From an uncultured Candidatus Saccharibacteria bacterium (GTDB lineage Bacteria; Patescibacteriota; Andersenbacteria; UBA10190), in assembly GCA_964610055.1 (NCBI GenBank), contig CAZSUC010000001.1:431912-495911 (forward strand): DNA of 64,000 nucleotides, read 5' to 3'. Every line of letters starts with the position of its first letter. Within the stretch, counting starts at the first letter, position 1. Position numbers and translations under genes: made by a program. Shown piece after piece: positions 39,146-49,310 of this stretch. Under the pieces are notes generated by a model. It did no database searches and was not told where the DNA came from. It was given only the letters and a program-made list of their open reading frames with translations.

Positions 39146-39193
39146 TTAGGCGCTGACGTAATACTAACGGAGATTTGAGCTAGTAGGCAATCC

Positions 39194-40414
39194 TCAAGAC
39201 TCGCTCTCGTCAGTTGGCACTTCCTCTAAGGTCGCGGTTATCTGAGTTTCCTGTCCTTGGTGCCATAATTTTATTTGCACCTGATCGCCAACTTTTTTCT
39301 TGCCAACAATATTCGCTAATGGGTTGTCCTCATCTATTTTTTGCCCGTCAATCTCTAAAATAATGTCACCTTCTACAATCCCCGCCTTATTCGCTGGTGA
39401 TCCTGGTACCACCGCTAATTCACTCACGGTCTGTCCGCGCATGACTAAGGCGCCGTAATTGTACTGCAAATGATTTGCGCTTTGAATCTCATCTGTTACC
39501 GTTGTGTACCGCACCCCCAAATACGGCCGTGAAATCTTACCAGTTTCTTCCACGTTTTGCGCCGCCTCCTTCACTAAATTACTTGGCAAAGCAAAACCAA
39601 TGTTTTCACTATCCACCGCCACCGCCACATTCACCCCTACAACATCACCATTCAAATTTAACAACGGTCCGCCGGAATTGCCCTGATTAATCGCAGCATC
39701 AGTTTGAATCACTTGATCCAATTTTTCCGTTGAACCGTAATTTGAACTCGCAACAATTGAACGCGACAATCCCGACACTACCCCAACTGACACAGTATTA
39801 TCGAACTCGCTTAATGCATTTCCAATCGCAATTACAGTTTGCCCCACCTTTAATTGATCCGAATCGGCAAATTGCAAAAACGAATAATTGTCCCCTTCAA
39901 TCTTTAATACTGCGACATCATTCACTGGATCCTGAGCCAAAACTTTTGCTTCATGCTTCTCTCCATCGCTTGTGAACACTGTATATGAAGCATCTGTTTC
40001 CGACACCACATGCTTATTCGTCATTACCAAGCCATCCTTCGAAATCAAGAATCCGCTTCCGCCGCCAATCTCCTGTTCTTCTGTTCCGTTCTGGCGCAAT
40101 TGCGGTACTCGAAATTGGAAATTTCCAAAGAATTGATTCAACGGCGAATTAGAGTTGTCATCGTAATATTGCTCTAAAATCGGTACATCTTTTGTAATAA
40201 TAATTGAGACCACTGCCGGCGACGCTTTTTCCACTGCACTAATCACCGCCGATTCTGTATTTTGATACGCATCTTGAGCCAATGGCTCTCCAGTTGCCGG
40301 CGAGGAAGTTACCCCGGTTGTTTGCGGCGAATGCAGCACCAAACCTGCTCCCACCGCTCCGGCGACAAGACTAATTAAAATATTTAATCCATGTGCTTTT
40401 ATAAATTTCTCCAT
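39194..40414 (-). CDS. HtrA/DegP-family serine protease with PDZ domain
   Basis: 406 aa; catalytic TNKHVV, DVAVLKI, GNSGGPLLN; C-terminal PDZ. Confidence 0.9.
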   Translation of the reverse strand: MEKFIKAHGLNILISLVAGAVGAGLVLHSPQTTGVTSSPATGEPLAQDAYQNTESAVISAVEKASPAVVSIIITKDVPILEQYYDDNSNSPLNQFFGNFQFRVPQLRQNGTEEQEIGGGSGFLISKDGLVMTNKHVVSETDASYTVFTSDGEKHEAKVLAQDPVNDVAVLKIEGDNYSFLQFADSDQLKVGQTVIAIGNALSEFDNTVSVGVVSGLSRSIVASSNYGSTEKLDQVIQTDAAINQGNSGGPLLNLNGDVVGVNVAVAVDSENIGFALPSNLVKEAAQNVEETGKISRPYLGVRYTTVTDEIQSANHLQYNYGALVMRGQTVSELAVVPGSPANKAGIVEGDIILEIDGQKIDEDNPLANIVGKKKVGDQVQIKLWHQGQETQITATLEEVPTDESES

Positions 40415-40457
40415 AGACTTTTACTTTACCCAGGACTGACTTAGTCAGCAAGATAGT

Positions 40458-40892
40458 TCAACTCTTAGTGATCCAAAGATCAACCTTTTCATTTACTGGT
40501 GTGTTCGGAACTAAGCTCCCGTTGTCTTGTCGTATGCGCACAATTATCGCTGCTCTTTCCAACATAAAGTCATCCGGTATCGTGACAGTAATCTGACGTC
40601 GATGTGGCTCTAATACCTGAATCAATGTCTCGCAGTCAACGTAATCCGTATACCACCCGAAAATATGCTGATTAGCCGTACAAATCTCCACTTTTCGCGC
40701 TTTATCCGAATCTGACAAAATCGCTGTCACCTCCGCACCTTGCGCGACTTTCATCCGCGGGCTACTTGATTGCAATGCTCCCGCAGTTAATAAATCACCA
40801 GCTTCCAAAACTACCGCCAAAATTGCCGCACATCCAATCGCAATCAATAACCCCCACGCCCATACATCCGGTATTCGCTTTTCTTCATCCAT
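40458..40892 (-). CDS. hypothetical membrane-anchored protein
   Basis: 144 aa, single N-terminal TM (LLIAIGCAAILAVVL). Confidence 0.4.
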   Translation of the reverse strand: MDEEKRIPDVWAWGLLIAIGCAAILAVVLEAGDLLTAGALQSSSPRMKVAQGAEVTAILSDSDKARKVEICTANQHIFGWYTDYVDCETLIQVLEPHRRQITVTIPDDFMLERAAIIVRIRQDNGSLVPNTPVNEKVDLWITKS

Positions 40893-40961
40893 TCTTCAAG
40901 TTTAGCACAGTCTTGCATTAAGTTGCTTCGCACTTAAATTTGCAGTATACACAACGCATAG

Positions 40962-41033
40962 GCGGGTATGGTTCAGTGGTAGAACGCAGCCTTCCCAAGG
41001 CTGAGATACGGGTTCGATTCCCGTTACCCGCTC
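40962..41033 (+). tRNA. tRNA-Gly (anticodon CCC)
   Basis: gcgggta acceptor, D-arm gttcagtggtagaac, anticodon arm cagcc-ttCCCaa-ggctg, T-arm cgggTTCGATTcccg. Confidence 0.8.
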
Positions 41034-41113
41034 ACTTCAGAACATGAGTTTAAAACGCGTGAAAAGCATCAAACTATAAAACTAAATTCGCCAATTAGCC
41101 ATATAATGAACAC

Positions 41114-41911
41114 ATGGATAATCACGAATTAGAGGACTACTTAATATTCGCCAAACAATTAGCTAGTGAAGCCGGTGAGATCATGCGTCAGTATTTTAGA
41201 AGCGATGATATAGAGCAGCGTGAAAAAGACGACAAAACTATTGTCACCATAGCGGATGAGAAGATAAACAATATTGTAATTGAGCGCATTGCAAAATCTT
41301 ATCCTCGGCATGCTGTTTTTGGCGAAGAAGCGAGTCTAATTCAAGAATCGGAATATACCTGGGTTTGCGATCCAATTGATGGTACTTTTCTTTTTGCAAA
41401 AGGTATCCCTATGGCAGTTTTCTCGCTCGCTCTAGTCAAAAATGGTGAACCTCTTGTCGGGGTTGTCTATGACCCTTTTCTAGACATTTTCTATACGGCC
41501 ATAAAGGGACAAGGCGCTTTTATGAACGACAAGCAAATTCATGTTAGTACAAAACTATTAGATTATAGAGCGGCTTTAAATTTAGAAGATTGGCCAAGTG
41601 CAGAATTGCAGTTTCATCAAATGAAAATGTTGGCACAAAAAGAAAAAAGTCTAGATTTTTATCGAATCGGCAGTATCGTACATGTCAGTTGTTTGGTCGC
41701 ACAAGGAGCATTTGAAGCCGCTATTTTTGCCGGAACCGCTAAAAAATGCGACATAGCCGCGGTAAAAGTGATCGTTGAAGAAGCGGGCGGAAAAGTTACA
41801 GATGTTAACGGTCATCAACAGCGATACGATGGTGACATTAACGGAGCCATCGTATCTAATGGCATTGTTCATGAACAATTAGTTGATCTGATCAAAAGAA
41901 GCTCAGGTTAA
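41114..41911 (+). CDS. inositol monophosphatase family protein
   Basis: 265 aa; FGEEAS metal motif and WVCDPIDGT signature. Confidence 0.85.
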   Translation: MDNHELEDYLIFAKQLASEAGEIMRQYFRSDDIEQREKDDKTIVTIADEKINNIVIERIAKSYPRHAVFGEEASLIQESEYTWVCDPIDGTFLFAKGIPMAVFSLALVKNGEPLVGVVYDPFLDIFYTAIKGQGAFMNDKQIHVSTKLLDYRAALNLEDWPSAELQFHQMKMLAQKEKSLDFYRIGSIVHVSCLVAQGAFEAAIFAGTAKKCDIAAVKVIVEEAGGKVTDVNGHQQRYDGDINGAIVSNGIVHEQLVDLIKRSSG

Positions 41912-41914
41912 TCT

Positions 41915-42478
41915 TTACCTCAACCGTATACTCCCATCCGTTTTATCCCACCACATTCCAATCGGCAACGCCGCCATCCATCTCTCACCAGCTAACACCT
42001 TGTACAACTCATCCGTAGTCTCAGCTTGCCGGTACTGCCGAATATTTTCCTGGCGCAACAGCGGCAAAACCACATATTTATCATATTCATCTGCTTCTAA
42101 GCCGCTGAATTCTTTAACCTCTTCATCTGACAAATTCAAAATCTCTGTTCGGTAACGCCAAGCATCTTCCTCTGTTACCGACGATTTTAATTGCGCACGG
42201 CTCACTAAGTGCTGCCGCGCCAAAGTTGTTAGCATCTCTGTGCTGGATAATTTTGCAGTGCCTGCTTGCTCAGAAAAGCGGTCGGACAAATCAATGTATT
42301 GTGCCCAGTCCATTGTTGTAACGCATCCGCGTGTTGAACAAATTAACGGCCAAGGTAACCAGCGTGACAGCGGATTCACGCGCGGATTAGGAATCAAATA
42401 CACTGACGCCACAATCAAACTAATGATTCCGGCTAGGAATATCGTTGGGATTAATAATAGCCACCAACGTTTTTTCAT
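41915..42478 (-). CDS. hypothetical membrane-anchored protein
   Basis: 187 aa; N-terminal TM WWLLLIPTIFLAGIISLIVASVYLI. Confidence 0.4.
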   Translation of the reverse strand: MKKRWWLLLIPTIFLAGIISLIVASVYLIPNPRVNPLSRWLPWPLICSTRGCVTTMDWAQYIDLSDRFSEQAGTAKLSSTEMLTTLARQHLVSRAQLKSSVTEEDAWRYRTEILNLSDEEVKEFSGLEADEYDKYVVLPLLRQENIRQYRQAETTDELYKVLAGERWMAALPIGMWWDKTDGSIRLR

Positions 42479-42861
42479 AGTTCCTCCGTTTCTAATTCGT
42501 CAACAAAAAACATTCGCCACCATTTCTCCGGAATACTGTATTCTTCCGGCTCAACCTCCAAACTTTTTGCTTCTTCTGTAACCGCTTCAATGTCTGGCAC
42601 TAAAACCACTTTTTCCCCCTCACCGCGATAATTTAATTTTTCCCGCGCTAAGCGATCTTGGTAGGCATCGGTTCTAAAATATTGATTCAAGTTTTCCAAT
42701 TCCACTACTTTTTTTTGCATCGCCTGAGTCTCTTGTTCAAATTGGCTGACTTCCCGTTGAATTGCAATTCTTCTATTCATCTCTTGAGCCAATGAAATCA
42801 ACAAAAACAACACTATCACTACCGTTACTCCGACCACAATTTTTGGTTGGATTAAATTCAT
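42475..42861 (-). CDS. septum formation initiator (FtsB/DivIC-like) protein
   Basis: 128 aa; N-terminal TM then coiled coil (EVSQFEQETQAMQKKVVELENLNQYF). Confidence 0.5.
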   Translation of the reverse strand: MNLIQPKIVVGVTVVIVLFLLISLAQEMNRRIAIQREVSQFEQETQAMQKKVVELENLNQYFRTDAYQDRLAREKLNYRGEGEKVVLVPDIEAVTEEAKSLEVEPEEYSIPEKWWRMFFVDELETEEL

Positions 42862-42880
42862 CTCCCCTATTATACCCCGT

Positions 42881-43906
42881 CTATTCCGCTAACTGAATGG
42901 TAGTAGTTTGTTCTTGATCGTCGCGAATGTAAGTCACGGTGAAAGCAGTATTCGGTATACGGCTCATAATCGACTCTTTCCATAGAACCGGTTGGTCATT
43001 AATTGCCGTAATTACGTCTCCTGGCTTTAATCCTGCTGCTGCCGACACTGACGCTGACTTTATAGCTGCCAATTTAACGCCAAACGCTATCTCTGCATCT
43101 TCTGGCGTCCGGATAAATCCATAATCAACATTTAATCCAATTTCTTCCAAAGGATTAATTTCTCGCTGTCCAGAATTAAATCGTTCCAAGCTGGTTCGTA
43201 GTAAATTAACTGGCATCACCGTATCATCCCCTAACCAAATTCCGGCTATCTTCCCTTCTTCGTCTAATAACGGTGTGCCTGGCACCATGTCGCTTAAATT
43301 TGCGCTGCTACGCAGTACTCTTTGAATCCCCTCTCCTGGTGCAGACTGCGGCAATTCATACTGGTTGATGACGGTTGATCGGATTTTAGCGGAAAACGTA
43401 TCTTCATCCCGTCCGATTGCTAATAATGTTTGTCCGACCGGCGCATCATCTGACCTCAAATCCAAAGGTGCTACTACTGTTTTTGGAAATCGCAAATATT
43501 CTACGCCAAAAACCGGATCATCGCCGGAATACTCCACCGTTACTTCTCGCCCTTCGTTATCATACGCGGTTAAATCGCCTTTAATTCCGCTTGCCGAAAC
43601 CATTAACCCGTCATTCGTCACCGCTGTTGCCATTCCGGCTGGTTTTCCGTTTTGAAACAGCAAGAACACTGATCGGCCAGTTGATTCCACTAATTCCGCC
43701 GCCGCCTTATTCGGTGAGATTGTCACCTCTTGCATAACTGTTGTTAAGCCGTCGTCATTATCAATCAGTGGGGTTAAATCCGGTTGCATAAATTGCTGCC
43801 CTACAATTCCACCCGCCATCCCCGCTCCAGTTGTTAGAACTAACAAAAATAATACCCACCAAATCGAAAACCGAACTACCGTCGTCTCATCTATATTTTT
43901 AGACAT
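42881..43906 (-). CDS. trypsin-like peptidase-fold protein with C-terminal PDZ, catalytic Ser motif not evident
   Basis: 341 aa; N-terminal TM; PDZ (GLKPGDVITAINDQPV); no GDSGGP/GNSGGP motif found. Confidence 0.4.
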   Translation of the reverse strand: MSKNIDETTVVRFSIWWVLFLLVLTTGAGMAGGIVGQQFMQPDLTPLIDNDDGLTTVMQEVTISPNKAAAELVESTGRSVFLLFQNGKPAGMATAVTNDGLMVSASGIKGDLTAYDNEGREVTVEYSGDDPVFGVEYLRFPKTVVAPLDLRSDDAPVGQTLLAIGRDEDTFSAKIRSTVINQYELPQSAPGEGIQRVLRSSANLSDMVPGTPLLDEEGKIAGIWLGDDTVMPVNLLRTSLERFNSGQREINPLEEIGLNVDYGFIRTPEDAEIAFGVKLAAIKSASVSAAAGLKPGDVITAINDQPVLWKESIMSRIPNTAFTVTYIRDDQEQTTTIQLAE

Positions 43907-43915
43907 ATTTTCATA

Positions 43916-44686
43916 TTAAAACCATTTCGCTGTTAAGAGTAGCAAGAGCAGTCCCACGCCGCCGACCGCAATGTACTCCCAGGCATCAGTGCGTGTTAGC
44001 TTACGTTCAAAACTAATACTAAGCAAGTTAAATCCCACGTAATAAGCTACCACCGCAATTCCTGCCTGCACAATGTAATGCACCGACCAAAACTGCATAA
44101 TCCAACTAATCTCCGTAACTGCTACAGCTAACGCCAGGGTCGGCAAATATGTTTCCCACCAATTCCCTGTCACTCTGCGCAAGGCTTGCAAGCTTGCCAA
44201 CCAAGTCACAATAAAAGCTGTTGTTAAAATCCAAACTAACGGTGAATACAAGTGGTATCGAATCCCAAAAATAACGGCTAAGTCTAAAAACAAAACCACC
44301 ATGGTTAAGGTCCAATTCCACGTTGGATAAGCCTGCCGCGTACCATGCTTAAGCAGCCAGAAAAAAATAAGAGTAGCTAAGATAAAGTAAATGTGCAGTA
44401 ATCCGGTTCGAGGCAAAAATAAAGTAAAGCCAATCAATCCCGCCGCCGCCAAAACCGGTAGCACTGCTTGGGTTGGATGAAATGCATGTTGTTCTTCAAT
44501 TCGTACTAATGCCACTCCGGCTGCCATCACTAAAATCAGAGCTATTCCCACAACAATCATCCAGCCAGAAAATTGAGTTAACAGTTCTAACCCAACCCAA
44601 AACAACAACGACAGCAAAACATAATGGGAAGTCAACGGTTGGTGTAGCTTAAGCTGTGATAACTGTCGCCAATACCGTTGCCACAT
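43916..44686 (-). CDS. hypothetical polytopic membrane protein
   Basis: 256 aa, ~8 predicted TM segments. Confidence 0.4.
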   Translation of the reverse strand: MWQRYWRQLSQLKLHQPLTSHYVLLSLLFWVGLELLTQFSGWMIVVGIALILVMAAGVALVRIEEQHAFHPTQAVLPVLAAAGLIGFTLFLPRTGLLHIYFILATLIFFWLLKHGTRQAYPTWNWTLTMVVLFLDLAVIFGIRYHLYSPLVWILTTAFIVTWLASLQALRRVTGNWWETYLPTLALAVAVTEISWIMQFWSVHYIVQAGIAVVAYYVGFNLLSISFERKLTRTDAWEYIAVGGVGLLLLLLTAKWF

Positions 44687-44692
44687 AAAAGT

Positions 44693-45670
44693 CTAATTAC
44701 GAACTAAGTAATCGCCTGCTGATAAAGCCGCTGAACAACCATGCCCAGCCGCCACGACAATCTGAGCGTCTCGAATATCAGTCACATCTCCCGCTGCAAA
44801 AAATCCATCTACGTTCGTCTTGCCGTACCGATCAGTTGGTATTGCACCCAATTTGTCTAATTTAACCAGTTGGGCAACCGGCTTGGTATTTGGAACTGCA
44901 CCGATCGTTACAAACACTCCTTCTACTGCTAATTCTTTTGTTTCTTCCTCGCCTTTCACGGCATATGTTAATCCCTGTACCATGCTGTCCCCTGTAATCG
45001 CTTTAGTGTCGGCATTCAGAATAATCTCTACTTTTGGATCATTCTTAAAAGCTTCCACCAAAATTGGATCCGCATCTAATTTATCAAACAAGTGCAGCAA
45101 ATAAATTTTCTTCGCAATCTTTTGCAACATAATCACTGCTTCTGCTCCGGTATTACCTCCGCCAATCACTGCCACCGTTTTATCTTGAAACAAGGGTGCG
45201 TCACAAGTCGCGCAATAAGTTACTCCTCGATTTCGTAATTGCTCTTCTCCTGGCACGCCTAAGGCACGCGGATGTCGTCCCGCTGCATAAACAACTGTGC
45301 GACTATTGATCGTTTGTCCGTCTTCTAATATCACCGTGAATCCCTGACCGGACTTCTTGATTTCTTGTACTCGCGCTGTTAAAACTTGCACGTTTTCTTG
45401 GTGTGAACCCAAATGACGCACCATCTTATCCGCTAATTCATTACCGCTTGTTACGCCGTCTCCTGGCCAATTTTCAATTTCGCCGGAATTTCGCACCTCT
45501 CCTCCCGGCAAATCACCAATCATCACTACGCGCAATTTTTTACGAGCAGCATAAATCCCGGCCGTAATTCCCGCCGGGCCATAGCCAATAATCGCAACGT
45601 CAAATTCACTAGCATCTGTCGCCATACTATATTCCCAAGGCAGTTGCCAAACGGTTTTGGTCGAATCCAA
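44693..45670 (-). CDS. trxB: thioredoxin-disulfide reductase
   Basis: 325 aa; FAD GxGxxG, redox CATCD, NADPH site GGGNTGAEAV. Confidence 0.9.
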   Translation of the reverse strand: MDSTKTVWQLPWEYSMATDASEFDVAIIGYGPAGITAGIYAARKKLRVVMIGDLPGGEVRNSGEIENWPGDGVTSGNELADKMVRHLGSHQENVQVLTARVQEIKKSGQGFTVILEDGQTINSRTVVYAAGRHPRALGVPGEEQLRNRGVTYCATCDAPLFQDKTVAVIGGGNTGAEAVIMLQKIAKKIYLLHLFDKLDADPILVEAFKNDPKVEIILNADTKAITGDSMVQGLTYAVKGEEETKELAVEGVFVTIGAVPNTKPVAQLVKLDKLGAIPTDRYGKTNVDGFFAAGDVTDIRDAQIVVAAGHGCSAALSAGDYLVRN

Positions 45671-45875
45671 TAATTACTTCTTCATTCTCTCCCTCTGCAA
45701 TCACAATAACTGGTACGCCCATTTGACCAGATTTATCAATCATTTCTTTCGCTTTTGCTTGATCCAAAGCAACATTAATATCGGTATATTCTACTTTATG
45801 CTCTTGCATAAATTGTTTTGCGGCAGTGCAATAACCGCAAGTAGGAGTGCTGTAAATAGTCACAGTTTTGACCAT
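45627..45875 (-). CDS. glutaredoxin-like protein (NrdH/Grx family)
   Basis: 82 aa; VTIYSTPTCGYCTAAKQFM CxxC thioredoxin-fold. Confidence 0.8.
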   Translation of the reverse strand: MVKTVTIYSTPTCGYCTAAKQFMQEHKVEYTDINVALDQAKAKEMIDKSGQMGVPVIVIAEGENEEVIIGFDQNRLATALGI

Positions 45876-45994
45876 ATAATTTTTAGAAATGATTAATACT
45901 TAAAGGTAAGCCTGTTAATATACTACACCATTCCGGCTGAGCGCCAACCGCGCCAGAGCTAGACGGGTGATAATCGGTTCGCTAGAGTATAGCT

Positions 45995-47305
45995 ATGGAA
46001 CACACAACTGGTAAATTAGCTGTTATTGGTATTGGTTATGTTGGCTTGCCCGCCGCCCTTTTAGCCGCGGAAAAAGGCTGGCATGTTATCGGAATTGATA
46101 ATAACGCCGATAAAGTCGCACAAGTCTCTCGTGGAGAAATGCCTTATCAAGACGAAGCTTTAGCTGCTCAATTAAAACAATATCCTATTCAAGCTGACAC
46201 TGATTATGCTCGTGTCACGGAAGCTAATATTGTCCTGATTGCCGTGCCAACTCCGGTCAAAGATAATCATGAACCCGATCTCACTCCTTTGATTTCAGCT
46301 GTTACCAGTATTCGCCCTTATTTACACGCTGGCCAGGTTCTAATCGTTGAATCCACGATCAATCCTGGCGTGATGGACGAAGCTGTCCTTCCGGTTTTAC
46401 GAGAACGTACTGATTTGCCTTTAGATGCTGACCAGGCCGATGGCGATGTTTTATACGTCGCCCATTGTCCAGAACGTATCAATCCTGGCGATAAAACTTG
46501 GACAGTGCGCAACATTCCACGCGTAGTTGGTGGATATACTTCAGTTGGTACTACTAAAGCTCAAGAGTTTTACGAAAGTTTTATTGAAGCTCCGATTAAA
46601 CCTATGGCATCTATTCAGGAAGCAGAAGCCGTTAAAATTCTCGAAAATACTTTTCGTGATATTAACATCGCCTTTATCAACGAAATGGCCAAATCATTTC
46701 ATAAATTAAACATTGATATTGTGCATGTTATTGCTGGCGCTGCCACTAAGCCGTTTGCTTTTATGCCCCACTATCCGGGCAATGGCGTTGGTGGGCATTG
46801 TATTAGCGTCGATCCTTATTACATGATTGAGCGCGGTCGCCAAGCTGGTTTTGATCATGAATTCTTGAAACTCGCCCGCAAAATTAACAACAGTATGCCT
46901 GCTTATGTCGTGCAATTATTACAAGATAATTTATCTGGCGCTGGTTTAAATGTTCAAACAGCCAAGATTGCTTTGCTCGGTTTAGCTTACAAGAAAAATA
47001 TTGATGATTTACGTGAAAGCCCAGCTTTGGAAATCCGGCATCTTTTAGAGGAAGCTGGCTTTTCTTTACAGGTGTTTGATCCATACGCTCTCAAGCTATC
47101 CACTACTGCATCCCTAGAAGAGGCCCTGTCCGATGCGTCAGTTGTCATGTTAGCTACCGACCACACCGCCTTTACTTCTGTTCTAACTCCTGAATATTTA
47201 CGCCAACATAACATCAAGTTAGTTATTGACGGTAAAAATTCTCTCGACGGCGCTGAAATTGCTGCCGCTGGCATTCATTACTACGGCGTTGGTCGTCAAT
47301 ATTAA
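45995..47305 (+). CDS. nucleotide-sugar dehydrogenase (UDP-glucose/GDP-mannose dehydrogenase family)
   Basis: 436 aa; N-terminal Rossmann AVIGIGYVGLP; catalytic Cys region GGHCISVDPYY. Confidence 0.85.
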   Translation: MEHTTGKLAVIGIGYVGLPAALLAAEKGWHVIGIDNNADKVAQVSRGEMPYQDEALAAQLKQYPIQADTDYARVTEANIVLIAVPTPVKDNHEPDLTPLISAVTSIRPYLHAGQVLIVESTINPGVMDEAVLPVLRERTDLPLDADQADGDVLYVAHCPERINPGDKTWTVRNIPRVVGGYTSVGTTKAQEFYESFIEAPIKPMASIQEAEAVKILENTFRDINIAFINEMAKSFHKLNIDIVHVIAGAATKPFAFMPHYPGNGVGGHCISVDPYYMIERGRQAGFDHEFLKLARKINNSMPAYVVQLLQDNLSGAGLNVQTAKIALLGLAYKKNIDDLRESPALEIRHLLEEAGFSLQVFDPYALKLSTTASLEEALSDASVVMLATDHTAFTSVLTPEYLRQHNIKLVIDGKNSLDGAEIAAAGIHYYGVGRQY

Positions 47306-47751
47306 ATTCTCGGCTGCTGCTCGTCGGTTGGGGGCGTAACTTGTGGCTCTGCTTCCGGTGTTGGCATTTCTTCGGGTGTCATTTCTTCTGGCATAACTTC
47401 CTCTGCTGGTGCTGTTGTTTCTTCTTCGGATGTCATTATTTCTTGAGAAGCGCCGGCAATATCAGAAATAGCTTGTTTAAATTCTTGCACCGGTGATTGT
47501 GACGGCATTGGCTGTCCTGCTTGTTGGTACCACTGCGCTTTTTGTAAGCGATAATTTCGATATCCTCCCCATATCATGCCGATCAAAAATATTGGAAACC
47601 AAACTGCCCCGATATAAGCTGAAGCAATAGTAATCAAAAACAATAACACTCCCGCCGCTGCCCCAAACGCCAACGCCCAATACATGATTGGATAAATATT
47701 AGGTTTGAATTGATTTTCCATATAATTCAAGTATATACACTCGCCTACCAA
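47302..47751 (-). CDS. hypothetical membrane protein with Pro/Glu-rich C-terminus
   Basis: 149 aa; two TM segments, then PAEEVMPEEMTPEEMPTPEAEPQ. Confidence 0.4.
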   Translation of the reverse strand: MVGECIYLNYMENQFKPNIYPIMYWALAFGAAAGVLLFLITIASAYIGAVWFPIFLIGMIWGGYRNYRLQKAQWYQQAGQPMPSQSPVQEFKQAISDIAGASQEIMTSEEETTAPAEEVMPEEMTPEEMPTPEAEPQVTPPTDEQQPRI

Positions 47752-48647
47752 GTGGGCAAATTTAGCAGGCGTTGCATATCACGATACTGCGCTTCTTCGC
47801 TTGGACTATCCATGATTACCACAATACGTGGTTCATTAGTTTTAGTCTGTGTGACTAAACAATATCCAGCTTCGTACAAAAATCCAGTTTTACTACCACT
47901 GAAATCCTGGTTATTTTCCGTAATCATTTTGTTTGTATTATTCATTTGATGTTCTCTGCCCGATTCACCAAACACAAAAGTATATGTCGGGGCGCTAGTT
48001 GCTTTGGCAATGTCAGGGTACATAAACGCTGCTTTTGCCATCAAAGCCACTTCATAAGCCGTCGAAATATTGGTCGTATCTAAACCGGTAACGTCAGTAA
48101 AGTGAGTCTGCTCTAACTCTAGCTCCACCGCTTTACGATTCATGGCGCGAACAAACTCTTCCGTTGAAACTTTTTCTTCCAAAGAACGTACATATGCGCG
48201 TGTCGCGTTATTTGCTGACCCTAATAACGAAGCGTAAAACAAATCCTGCACCGTCGCAGTTTCTCCTGCGTACATTGTTAAATTTCCCCCGACCCCATAT
48301 TCTTCCGGCAAAATATGCATGGCTTTGCTGTAATCCAATCCGTAATCCAGCGCCACTATGGCTGTCATAAGTTTAGTTAAACTCGCCATCGGCGCCCGTT
48401 CAAACGCGTTATAGTCATACATAATCTGGTTGTCGGCTTGGCTTAATATCACCGCACTCTTCCCTTCCAAAACATTATCAGCATTTTGGCCAATCAAATC
48501 AGGCAACCCTAATGACTCTGTCTGCTTAACAGTGACACCCTTAACTTTTTGCTGGGCTGGTGTTCGCCACCATAAATATCCGGTTATGGTGCAACCAATC
48601 GTTAAGCATATAATGACAATTAAAAGCCACCGTGTACTTTTTGGCAT
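47745..48647 (-). CDS. D-alanyl-D-alanine carboxypeptidase (serine-type, PBP5 family)
   Basis: 300 aa; SxxK (ASLTKLMTA), SxN (GSANNA), KTG (GSKTGF). Confidence 0.85.
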   Translation of the reverse strand: MPKSTRWLLIVIICLTIGCTITGYLWWRTPAQQKVKGVTVKQTESLGLPDLIGQNADNVLEGKSAVILSQADNQIMYDYNAFERAPMASLTKLMTAIVALDYGLDYSKAMHILPEEYGVGGNLTMYAGETATVQDLFYASLLGSANNATRAYVRSLEEKVSTEEFVRAMNRKAVELELEQTHFTDVTGLDTTNISTAYEVALMAKAAFMYPDIAKATSAPTYTFVFGESGREHQMNNTNKMITENNQDFSGSKTGFLYEAGYCLVTQTKTNEPRIVVIMDSPSEEAQYRDMQRLLNLPTW

Positions 48648-48684
48648 ACTTCCCCTTATAGCTCTTACCTAATACACTACCCGT

Positions 48685-49308
48685 ATGACCCCCTTGTCTG
48701 CAATCTCATTACCTGAAGCAATCCACGCTTTGAGCGTTGGGCGAGTTGTTGCTTTTCCCACCGGTACTTCTTATGGTCTCGCTGCTGATATTGCGCAGGG
48801 ATTTGCCTTACAGCGAGTTCGTAATCTTAAAAAACGTCCTCAAGATAAAACTTTTACTGTCTTTATGAATGACAGCTTATGGGATGAGTATTTAGTCCTT
48901 AATCGCACCAGTCGCACTTATCTTGAACGGCTCAACGGTCACCCCGTCACTGTTTTAATTAAATCAAAACCTAATCTCGCGCACCTCGCTCAGGATGGTT
49001 TGGTCGGTGTTCGTCTAATTGATCATCCGTTAATGCGTGATTTGGCCGCCGGTTTTTCTTATCCTCTAACCGCTACCAGTGCCAATCCTTCCGGCGCTGA
49101 TCCTTGTTTATCAACTGATTGTCTCTGCCAAACTTTTCCGCGTGAAGTCGCTGATCATGTTTATGATTTATCTTTAGCTGGGTATATCGATGGTGGTACG
49201 CTTGCTTCTTCTCAATCCAGTACCATTATTCGTCCTGAAAAATCCGGCTATACCATTGTCCGGGAAGGAGCACTTCCCGGACAAGAAATTGATCGTTTGT
49301 TAGCTTAA
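48685..49308 (+). CDS. tsaC: L-threonylcarbamoyladenylate synthase (YrdC/TsaC family)
   Basis: 207 aa; VVAFPTGTSYGLAAD. Confidence 0.85.
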   Translation: MTPLSAISLPEAIHALSVGRVVAFPTGTSYGLAADIAQGFALQRVRNLKKRPQDKTFTVFMNDSLWDEYLVLNRTSRTYLERLNGHPVTVLIKSKPNLAHLAQDGLVGVRLIDHPLMRDLAAGFSYPLTATSANPSGADPCLSTDCLCQTFPREVADHVYDLSLAGYIDGGTLASSQSSTIIRPEKSGYTIVREGALPGQEIDRLLA

Positions 49309-49310
49309 AA

